Of a DNA stretch of 64,000 nt, positions 1-8,033 are shown piece by piece. Source of the DNA: Escherichia phage AV123; the sequence record OR352953.1. One strand, 5' to 3'. The first letter of the stretch is position 1. Every line of letters starts with the position of its first letter. The translations under genes were made by a program, and so were the position numbers. A model generated the notes under the pieces. It made no database searches and was not told the DNA's origin. It saw only the letters and a program-made list of their open reading frames with translations.

Positions 1-2
1 CT

Positions 3-752
3 GGATCAGATGACTGGGAAAACTCTACAATTGTTAGTAATATCAATTGTAATGTTTTTAAATGGCGTGGGCTACCATCTAGCTCTACCTTTAATAATAT
101 TCGTTGCCGTAGTATTGACTTTATTGGTCAACACGGAAGCGGAGAAGGAAGTGGTGGCGGTTTCTATACTCGCAGCCAATTCACGTATATGAAGTGGGTA
201 GGATGTACAGCACTTAGCGGAGATGAAACAACAGTTTCTTTTGCTAAAATCTACACTGATCGTTGCGATCAGGTTGGAAATAACTTTGGTGTTCCAACTG
301 CTGTTGATGGAACAGGTCATCGTGGGCCAGTTTTAACTACTATTTCTGAACAATATTTTACAACTTATGATGAATTCCCAGGTGGGCGTGAATTCCCTAC
401 TGGAACAGTTATTCATTGTGCAAGCGGTAAAAAACATGTTGTTACAGTAGGTGGTGCTTTCTTTAGTGCCAACGAGAAAATAAAAGCAACTGTTACAGGT
501 CAAACCTATCTACAGTCTAATGCTTTAAACTGGGCTAGTAATGGCTACGCTAAAGCAGCAGGTACTAAGATTGTTATTCCAGGTGCAGGTGCAAATGGCG
601 GCGATCTTGTGACAACTATAGCACGTGCTACATATGTGACAAATAGTTTGTACACAATAGATATTGCAGATCCAATTGTAACACCTACAGCAGAGAATAC
701 ACAAATTAAAGCTCTGAACCCTGTTACTTTTGTTACTGTCAATAATGCTTAA
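3..752 (+). CDS. C-terminal part of a structural (tail-fibre-like) protein; 5' end outside window
   Basis: Frame is open from base 3 to the stop at 750-752; track ORF 189..752 is an internal Met of the same frame; hairpin terminator follows. Confidence 0.5.
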   Translation, partial: GSDDWENSTIVSNINCNVFKWRGLPSSSTFNNIRCRSIDFIGQHGSGEGSGGGFYTRSQFTYMKWVGCTALSGDETTVSFAKIYTDRCDQVGNNFGVPTAVDGTGHRGPVLTTISEQYFTTYDEFPGGREFPTGTVIHCASGKKHVVTVGGAFFSANEKIKATVTGQTYLQSNALNWASNGYAKAAGTKIVIPGAGANGGDLVTTIARATYVTNSLYTIDIADPIVTPTAENTQIKALNPVTFVTVNNA

Positions 753-756
753 TTAA

Positions 757-776
757 AAAGGGGCGAAAGCCCCTTT
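757..776 (+). terminator. Hairpin terminator (GGGGC-GAAA-GCCCC then T-run)
   Basis: AAAGGGGCGAAAGCCCCTTT directly after the stop. Confidence 0.6.
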
Positions 777-793
777 ATAAAAGGAGTAGTAAA

Positions 794-2755
794 GTGATTT
801 TAACACGTCCAAATAGTGCCATTGCAGACATGGTAGAGTCTCGCTATAGAAAGCGTAGAAGTTTTGCAAGTGGTTTTACCTTAAGAGATGCTCGTGAAGC
901 ATTGCTCTTTGAAACTGACGGTAACTACTATCAGTGGAAAGGTTCTCTACCTAAAGTTGTACCTGCTAACTCTACTCCTACATCTACTGGAGGGATTTCA
1001 GATACAGCTTGGAAAAATGTGGGTAATGCAGATGACATTGCTCAAATAGAATCAGAATTAGATGCTATTGAAGCTGAAATTGAAGATCTTAGAGAATCCA
1101 TTCCAGAAGCTGGTAAATCAGCTTACCAGATTGCCGTAGACAATGGTTTCCAAGGTACTGAGACAGAGTGGTTGGCTTCTTTAAAAGGTGATCCAGGTGC
1201 TCCATTAAAGCTGCTAGGGACGCTATCTAATACCAACCAATTACCTACAACTGGAAACAATGCAGGAGATGCATGGATTGTAGGCGAGAATATGTATGCT
1301 TGGGATGGTACTGCTTGGAGAAAAGTAAACTCACAGGGGCCAGAAGGTAAATCGGCTTATCAAGTTTGGCTTGCAGCAGGAAACCAAGGTACAGAACTAG
1401 ATTATCTTGCTTCAATTAAAGGTGATAAAGGGGAGCCTGGCCCAGAGGGGCCACAAGGTGTACCAGGTAACAATGCTAATGGTTTTGATTACCAAGGTGC
1501 AGCTAATTCCGTTTCAGATCTTCCTTCTGCATCTCCTGGAAACACATCTCAAGCATGGAATATTGGTACATATCTATACGTGTCAAACGGTGTAGAATGG
1601 ATCAATATGGGCGCTATAGTGGGGCCAAAAGGAGATAAAGGCGACAAAGGAGATAAGGGTAACACTGGTGATTCAGCTTATCAAGTCTGGTTAAACGCTG
1701 GTAACGTTGGTACTATTGACGAATATATTGCCTCTCTGAAAGGAGAAAAAGGTGATAAGGGAGATAAGGGTGATCAAGGTGAGCAGGGTATACAAGGCTT
1801 GACGGGGCCAACTGGTGCAGGGTTGACCATTATTGATATTCTGACTGACACTTCTGAACTACCACAAACTGGAGAAGATGGTGATGGTTATCTGATCAAT
1901 AATGAACTTTGGGTTTGGTTGCAAGGAGCCACACAGTGGACAAATGTTGGTCGTTTAGCTGGTACTCCAATCACTGCAAAAGGACACGTTGCGTCTGCAA
2001 GTGCACTTCCTCCTACATCCAATTACGGTGATGCTTATTTGACGGAAGATACAGGTCATCTTTACATTTACACCTATGATGAACAAACTCAAACTGCTGA
2101 ATATGTAGATATGGGTAGTTTGAAAGGTGATAAGGGTGAGAAAGGTGACGCTGGTACTAACGGTACAGACGGTGCTACTTGGATTGTTAAAACAACAGAT
2201 CCAATCTCTAGTGATGGTAAACAAGGTGATTATGCCTTTAATATCTCCACTGGCGAGGTGTTCTTAAAAACATCTGCAACTGTCTGGACTTCTCAAGGTA
2301 CACTACCTAGCATCACAGATGCACCTAGTGACGGTAAGATCTATGCTCGTAAAGATGGAGCATGGGAAGAACTAACTAGTTCTGTAGATGGTCAAGATAT
2401 AGTTCCAACAAAAGTAACAGCTAATTTTATAGAGGTTACAGCATACACCAACAACTCTGTTACAGGGGACTGGACACCTCCAGGAACACATAACATGAAT
2501 GTGTTGAATCTTACTGGTAACTCTACTATAAAAGCATGGCCTGGTGTCGAAGATAGCACAAAACCTAAACCATTCTCTGCAATAGTTTATCTTATCCAAG
2601 ATGCCACTGGGGGTCATACTGTTACTTTAGATCCATCTTACAAAGTAATTGGTTCTAGTGATATTAATACAGATCCTAACGGAGTAACAATACTACAACT
2701 AACATATTGTGGTGTTGGTGATTACGTGGATGCTATTGTTGCTAAACGCACATAA
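794..2755 (+). CDS. Tail fibre protein with collagen-like Gly-X-Y repeats
   Basis: GTG start 7 nt after AAGGAG; repeated GDKGDKGDKG / GEKGDKGDKGDQGEQGIQGLTGPTG triplets in translation. Confidence 0.75.
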   Translation: MILTRPNSAIADMVESRYRKRRSFASGFTLRDAREALLFETDGNYYQWKGSLPKVVPANSTPTSTGGISDTAWKNVGNADDIAQIESELDAIEAEIEDLRESIPEAGKSAYQIAVDNGFQGTETEWLASLKGDPGAPLKLLGTLSNTNQLPTTGNNAGDAWIVGENMYAWDGTAWRKVNSQGPEGKSAYQVWLAAGNQGTELDYLASIKGDKGEPGPEGPQGVPGNNANGFDYQGAANSVSDLPSASPGNTSQAWNIGTYLYVSNGVEWINMGAIVGPKGDKGDKGDKGNTGDSAYQVWLNAGNVGTIDEYIASLKGEKGDKGDKGDQGEQGIQGLTGPTGAGLTIIDILTDTSELPQTGEDGDGYLINNELWVWLQGATQWTNVGRLAGTPITAKGHVASASALPPTSNYGDAYLTEDTGHLYIYTYDEQTQTAEYVDMGSLKGDKGEKGDAGTNGTDGATWIVKTTDPISSDGKQGDYAFNISTGEVFLKTSATVWTSQGTLPSITDAPSDGKIYARKDGAWEELTSSVDGQDIVPTKVTANFIEVTAYTNNSVTGDWTPPGTHNMNVLNLTGNSTIKAWPGVEDSTKPKPFSAIVYLIQDATGGHTVTLDPSYKVIGSSDINTDPNGVTILQLTYCGVGDYVDAIVAKRT

Positions 2756-2757
2756 TC

Positions 2758-2776
2758 AAAGCCCCTTCGGGGGCTT
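2758..2776 (+). terminator. Hairpin terminator
   Basis: AAAGCCCCTTCGGGGGCTT (UUCG-type loop) after stop. Confidence 0.6.
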
Positions 2777-2794
2777 ATTGTTTAAGGAGATTAA

Positions 2795-4681
2795 ATGTAT
2801 CCTATTCCTTTATTTATGTCAACAACATCAGCTTCAGTAGTAACAGCTACATCTATAACTACTTCCTCTATTGGTATTGCAATAGTTGGTGGTAAAAAAC
2901 AACTGACATACACAGTTACACCGGAAGATGGTGCATTATTTGATATAGCTTTTTCATCTTCAGATGATACCAAAATGGTTATAGATAATAATGGTATGAT
3001 GGAGTTTGTTGCCGAAGGTGGTTTTGATGCAATAATGACAGCTAAAAATAATTTAGGTGCTGTCTTAACTGATCAATCTGGTGGTTATGCTTCAGAATTA
3101 AGTGTGTACACTGAAAGTCTATCGGCTATGGATGTAGGCACTACTCAACAGTTGGTTGCTACAATCCGTCCAGAAGGTGCTAAAGACCTTCCAGACATGG
3201 TAATTACATACACCACAACAGATCCAGAAGTAGCTACTGTAAGCTCTACAGGATTAATAACTGCTCTTAAAGATGGCAATTGCCGTATAGGTTGTACTGC
3301 AACGTATCAAGGAACAGTTGTGGCCTCTGATAGTTCTTATTTAGGTGTTAATGCTATTCCTGTTATTTCTAATGTAACAGCCGTGGCAAACAGTTATGGA
3401 GACGTTCGTGTTGCTTGGGATGTAACTGATCCGCTAGATGGTGATACTTATACTGTAGAAGTATTAGATTTAAGTGATAATAGTGTCCAGTGGACTACAA
3501 CAACCACAAATACTTACGCCTACTTTGATATCTCTGACTCTATTCCTCTTTATGGGTTTGCTCCAACATACCTTAAAATTAGCGTTAAGAGCACCAAAGC
3601 AGCAGCCGTTATCTTTAATAGCTCAATAGCTACAGATGATTCATTCATTAAAGAAGTTATTGTCTTTGCTGGACAAGATAACGTAAATGCACACTTTACA
3701 GAACTATCTGGCGCAAATAAAGCAGCAATGAGTAGCACAACAGCCCGTAATGCATATGCTACGCAACGTGGTTTAGCAAATGCTGAAGTTCTTCCGTTAA
3801 ATGCAGCTTCTGGATCATCAGCAGCAGATAAATATGCAGATGATAAAGCCGGAACAGGAACGCCAGACAACTACTGGTATGATCTGGATAACACAGCAGA
3901 TGGGCCATGCTTAACTAACTTTATCACTAAAGTCACACCTTATGCAAGTAAGGTTAAAGCAATTATTTGGGGACAAGGTGAAAATGATGCTGTATCAGCA
4001 TCTTCGACTGTTGCAGGTAGGTACAGTAACACTACACGTTACCATGATGCTACGATAGCTATCTTTGATAAGATGCGTACAATAGTTCCTGCTTCTCAAG
4101 CAAAAATTGTTTGGCAGATCCTAGGACGTTCTTATTTATATGGTGTAGAAGTTAATGGTGTGGATTGGCAGAAGTACAGAAATGTACAAAGAACCATCTC
4201 TACAGCACGTGATGATGTTATCATTGGTTCTTGGGTAGATGGTGCTGAACGTTACAGTGGTTATGTTTATGAAGAAGGTATTGATGGTCGTATCCATTAT
4301 ATTTCTTCTGTATACCAAACAGCAGCTACAAAACTTGCTAAATCGGCAGCAGACGGTACAGACTTAACATCAGCGTCACCTGTTTGGGTTGATATGTCTG
4401 TTCCAACAGGAGGAGCCGCTGTAAGACAAGCTAACCAAGATGCAATTATCTCTTGGGAACCAGCAGGATATACTAAACATTACTTCCGAAATGTAAACGT
4501 CCTCACAGCAGCAATTCTTACAGAACAAACCCTGGATACTAACACTTACACATTTACTTATGCAGATCAGGTTGAACAATATGGATTTGCAGCAGGTACA
4601 ACAGCGTTTGATGTTGCACACTATGATGCTGATAATGACGTGTTATCACCTCTTGTCAGATTTACAGTCAATGTTACATAA
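2795..4681 (+). CDS. Large tail fibre/spike protein with possible SGNH/SASA-type esterase motif
   Basis: AAGGAG RBS; T/S/V-rich Ig-like N-terminal region; IIWGQGENDA resembles the W-x-QGE-xD motif of sialate O-acetylesterase-like hydrolases. Confidence 0.55.
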   Translation: MYPIPLFMSTTSASVVTATSITTSSIGIAIVGGKKQLTYTVTPEDGALFDIAFSSSDDTKMVIDNNGMMEFVAEGGFDAIMTAKNNLGAVLTDQSGGYASELSVYTESLSAMDVGTTQQLVATIRPEGAKDLPDMVITYTTTDPEVATVSSTGLITALKDGNCRIGCTATYQGTVVASDSSYLGVNAIPVISNVTAVANSYGDVRVAWDVTDPLDGDTYTVEVLDLSDNSVQWTTTTTNTYAYFDISDSIPLYGFAPTYLKISVKSTKAAAVIFNSSIATDDSFIKEVIVFAGQDNVNAHFTELSGANKAAMSSTTARNAYATQRGLANAEVLPLNAASGSSAADKYADDKAGTGTPDNYWYDLDNTADGPCLTNFITKVTPYASKVKAIIWGQGENDAVSASSTVAGRYSNTTRYHDATIAIFDKMRTIVPASQAKIVWQILGRSYLYGVEVNGVDWQKYRNVQRTISTARDDVIIGSWVDGAERYSGYVYEEGIDGRIHYISSVYQTAATKLAKSAADGTDLTSASPVWVDMSVPTGGAAVRQANQDAIISWEPAGYTKHYFRNVNVLTAAILTEQTLDTNTYTFTYADQVEQYGFAAGTTAFDVAHYDADNDVLSPLVRFTVNVT

Positions 4682-4683
4682 AC

Positions 4684-4713
4684 AAAAAGGAGCCTATTGG
4701 CTCCTTTTCTTTT
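4684..4713. terminator. Bidirectional hairpin terminator between convergent genes
   Basis: AAAAAGGAGCCTATTGGCTCCTTTTCTTTT lies between + gene end 4681 and - gene end 4717. Confidence 0.65.
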
Positions 4714-4716
4714 ATC

Positions 4717-5148
4717 TTAATCAGTGAAAATTACGCTTACATCTTCTTTAGAGAAGAGTTTATGATCTTCACCTTTTGTCTCAAGAGTTTCATACAGGTT
4801 AAGAAGTTCTGAAACATCCTTCTCTACCAGTTTCTTCAATGTTGCAATTTTCTGTTTGCGATTCTTAATACGTTCAGCTACAACCTTACGTTGGTATCCG
4901 GCAGTACGATAACCTGAGAAAGTTACACCAGTGAGACTTGCAGTTACAGGATCGTAATGACGTTCAATCTGAAATTTATTAAAAGGTACAGCGTCATCAC
5001 GAATAATCTTACCGCCATTACTTACTTGACGAAGACCAGTAACTTGTTCCAGTCGTGCCATAGAAATCTTTGGAGACAGACCAGAGTCCAGGTTCATACC
5101 GTTGTTAATCAGTGCTTTCAGGGTGATTTTGCTGTTCAGTGTACTCAT
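4717..5148 (-). CDS. Hypothetical protein
   Basis: GGAGGAA RBS before ATG at 5148; overlaps 3' end of the methyltransferase gene. Confidence 0.5.
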   Translation of the reverse strand: MSTLNSKITLKALINNGMNLDSGLSPKISMARLEQVTGLRQVSNGGKIIRDDAVPFNKFQIERHYDPVTASLTGVTFSGYRTAGYQRKVVAERIKNRKQKIATLKKLVEKDVSELLNLYETLETKGEDHKLFSKEDVSVIFTD

Positions 5149-5836
5149 TTAGTCGTTCCTCCGCTTGCTTAAAAATATTTACATCGGCTTCACAGCCTAA
5201 GTATTCTCTACCTGTTAAAAGTGCCGCAACTTGTGTTGTTGCACTTCCAGAGAAGAAGTCTAAGACTACATCTCCTTCGTTGGTGTGTATATTAATAAGG
5301 TCACAAAACAAAGTCAAGTGCTTTTGTGTTGGATGAAAACGATCTGCTCCTTGATAGATAGGATACTCAAACACACCCTTATGGTAGGAAGCATTGAAGG
5401 TTGGCTTCGAACCTTTAACACAAACAATAGCCATCTCTTTAGCGTTACTAAGGTAGTTAACACCACTGTTGATGGGTACAGGGTTTGTTTTAATCCATTC
5501 AATAGTACGGAACATACGAAAACCAAGCGGTTCAAGGATTTCACGTAGCTCCTGGATCTTCCAGATATCATACCAAACTATGCAAGTACCACCTTTTCTA
5601 AGCACCCTATAGGCTTCTTTGAATACTTCTTTAAAGTAAGGAATATCTACAACATCCCAATCACCAAAGTTGTAAGATACACGGAATCTATCTGTATCTT
5701 TTCCAGTAGGCTCTCCAGATTGAAAATTTGTATCACGAGAAATAGCATATGGTGGGTCAGTAAGAATCAAATCTACACTGTTGCTTTCGAGGGTTTGCAG
5801 GTAGTTTAATGCGGTGTTGTTTACAAATTCGCTCAT
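5105..5836 (-). CDS. DNA methyltransferase (beta-class N6-adenine or N4-cytosine)
   Basis: LILTDPPYAI (DPPY motif) precedes DFFSGSATT (FxGxG SAM motif); that motif order defines the beta class. Confidence 0.8.
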   Translation of the reverse strand: MSEFVNNTALNYLQTLESNSVDLILTDPPYAISRDTNFQSGEPTGKDTDRFRVSYNFGDWDVVDIPYFKEVFKEAYRVLRKGGTCIVWYDIWKIQELREILEPLGFRMFRTIEWIKTNPVPINSGVNYLSNAKEMAIVCVKGSKPTFNASYHKGVFEYPIYQGADRFHPTQKHLTLFCDLINIHTNEGDVVLDFFSGSATTQVAALLTGREYLGCEADVNIFKQAEERLNEYTEQQNHPESTD

Positions 5837-5854
5837 TATATCTCCTTCAAAGAA

Positions 5855-5874
5855 AAGGAGCCGTTAGGCTCCTT
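5855..5874 (-). terminator. Hairpin terminator
   Basis: AAGGAGCCGTTAGGCTCCTT between genes. Confidence 0.5.
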
Positions 5875-5896
5875 ATATTCACACAATATTTAACTA

Positions 5897-6844
5897 TTAG
5901 AAACAGTGCAGGAAGTTTCGACCATACTGCAAACCAATAGGAGCAAATGGGATATCATCATCGAAATCTTGAACAACAGGTTCTGGCTCTTTCGGTGCTG
6001 GCTCTTTCTTCTCTACTTTTTTAGTTTCTTTCTTAACTTCTTGTACTGGGGTAGACATTCCACGGATAGCAGCAGCTACTTTATCAGACAAAGCAAGAAC
6101 TTCACGAGCAGCTTCAATAATCTCTTCTGCCGTTACAGTTTTACCTGTATGATCACGACAAGCATTAAGAATTGCGTGTCCAACTGAAGCACCAAGATCA
6201 TAATCAGTTACATCAACGCCACGATCTTTAGCAATTTCAGCTTTCAGAGTAACAGTTGCAGATTGTACCACACCAGCCAAATCGAAAGCATCACCTTTCA
6301 CACCAGCACGTAGAAGCTCCAGAGCGCCGTTTACAGCGTGTCCTGTTTCAATCCCTACGGTATCACGTTTTTTGTAGTTAGGCTTGCTACCATCGTTATT
6401 AGATGGCTTATTTCCACCTTTTGAAGAAGATTGTGCTTGCTGAACACCTTCTGTTGAAAGAATAGTGATTTTACCTTTAGAGGAATTGTAGTATGTTTTG
6501 CCATTCCATTCAGAAGGTTTAACATCCATAGTTAGTTCTACACCTTTTTCGATAGTAACCCACTTATCACCATCTTTAACTTGCAGGTTTTCATGTTCTG
6601 GGTGCAGTTTAACTTCACCTAAGCTAACCCAAACACCTTTATCATCAGCACCAGCACCTTTCTCTTTAATAAGCAGAGATGCTTTGTGAGTTGATTCAAT
6701 TTTCTTATCTGGCTGACCTGCAACCTTAATATAAGAGACTTTCATTTCATCAAACTTATCTAGTTTGACATATTCGACAATACCTTCAGCCCAGAATGCT
6801 TCTTTTTTAGTACGGCGGTCGATTTCAGAATTAATTACTGGCAT
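5897..6844 (-). CDS. Putative ssDNA-binding protein with SSB-type acidic tip motif
   Basis: GAGGAG RBS; translation contains DFDDDIPF (E. coli SSB C-terminal tip) 18 residues before the end; K/E-rich linker. Confidence 0.45.
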   Translation of the reverse strand: MPVINSEIDRRTKKEAFWAEGIVEYVKLDKFDEMKVSYIKVAGQPDKKIESTHKASLLIKEKGAGADDKGVWVSLGEVKLHPEHENLQVKDGDKWVTIEKGVELTMDVKPSEWNGKTYYNSSKGKITILSTEGVQQAQSSSKGGNKPSNNDGSKPNYKKRDTVGIETGHAVNGALELLRAGVKGDAFDLAGVVQSATVTLKAEIAKDRGVDVTDYDLGASVGHAILNACRDHTGKTVTAEEIIEAAREVLALSDKVAAAIRGMSTPVQEVKKETKKVEKKEPAPKEPEPVVQDFDDDIPFAPIGLQYGRNFLHCF

Positions 6845-6860
6845 AAATTCTCCTCTATAA

Positions 6861-7259
6861 TTACATTACTTTAACACAAAACTCTCGTAAAAGAGTAGCG
6901 TCAGTTTCTTCCAACAGGTATTTACCAAGACCAATACCAAAGCCTATTTCACCACTTTCAAAATGGAGAATTTGTATCTTTTCTCCACCAAGATTAATTA
7001 CTTTTGCTTTTCCAGGATTATCCAAAACATCTCGTATTGTATCCTGTAATAACATAAGCTCACGTTTTGTGATAGTGGTTTCAGATATCTCTTTGTTTTC
7101 TACTCTCACTGTTAAACGATTGTATCCACCAAAGAGACACAGTATTTGAATAAAAAAGGTATTATCTTGAGGTTCAACATCTTTTTTGGTTAGCTCAAGA
7201 CGATTAGTTTCTCTACTGTAGAACGTCTCGACTAAGATTTTAGAACGATTATCTGTCAT
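6861..7259 (-). CDS. Hypothetical protein
   Basis: ORF with GAGGA RBS in operon context. Confidence 0.5.
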   Translation of the reverse strand: MTDNRSKILVETFYSRETNRLELTKKDVEPQDNTFFIQILCLFGGYNRLTVRVENKEISETTITKRELMLLQDTIRDVLDNPGKAKVINLGGEKIQILHFESGEIGFGIGLGKYLLEETDATLLREFCVKVM

Positions 7260-7302
7260 TCAAGTCCTCATAATAACACATAATTATAATGTTTGTCAAC
7301 AC

Positions 7303-7896
7303 TTAAATTTTAAATTCTTCATTGTTAAATGAATCCAGTGTACGTACTTCTGGTTCTTTGGGAATGAAAACGTCTTTTACAAAACGGAACATAGGGAAAC
7401 GTTCTGCCATTTTACGGACGTGTGCTTCTTTACCTGTGTATCGGTGATTAATAGTGCAAATATTAGTCTTCAATGCAAATTCAAAATCTGGATGATATAC
7501 ATAGTTTTGACCATCCCAGTAACACAGGCAGATAGCTACATCAAAGTTCCATACGATTTCACTGCGTACACCTTCTTCCATGATCATAAAGTTAAACTTA
7601 AGATCTTTATAGTATGCTTCAAATACCCATTTCAAATGTGGTAGTTCGGCATAAGTGTGTTCTGTTTGCTTAGTAAGTTGTTTCACATTACGTGCACCAA
7701 CACCCAACATCAAAAATTTCTCTACTAATACGAGTGTATTGTGGTTAGGCATACGCAAGTAAATGTCAATATCTTGCGCAGGTTTCTCTAATCGCCAATC
7801 ACGTACAGCGCCGCCAGCTACAATTGCAAACGGATCTACCAGTTGGCACATACGTAATACTTCTAAAGCTCGTACTTTTTGATCTTCAATATTCAT
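7303..7896 (-). CDS. Pol-beta superfamily nucleotidyltransferase (CCA-adding / poly(A) polymerase head-like)
   Basis: GGAVRD followed by DIDI catalytic motif in the N-terminal 50 residues; 197 aa. Confidence 0.6.
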   Translation of the reverse strand: MNIEDQKVRALEVLRMCQLVDPFAIVAGGAVRDWRLEKPAQDIDIYLRMPNHNTLVLVEKFLMLGVGARNVKQLTKQTEHTYAELPHLKWVFEAYYKDLKFNFMIMEEGVRSEIVWNFDVAICLCYWDGQNYVYHPDFEFALKTNICTINHRYTGKEAHVRKMAERFPMFRFVKDVFIPKEPEVRTLDSFNNEEFKI

Positions 7897-8033
7897 ATTT
7901 TCTCCTATCTCTTATGGTCTTTGCGTTATTCTAGATGTTCAAACATCTAATTATGAAATGGTTTAAAAGTGCGGAACAACCTTGGCAATCACAGATTGTT
8001 CCACATAAAAACTCCTTTAAAATCAAATAGATA

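Noticed and set aside
72-4621. Track ORFs antisense or nested within the tail genes (for example 72..320, 545..742, 1407..1595, 1955..2224, 2372..2617, 3550..3870, 4136..4318, 4376..4621)
   Set aside because: They lie fully inside long SD-led genes in other frames or on the opposite strand, lack RBSs and have odd composition; typical spurious ORFs.
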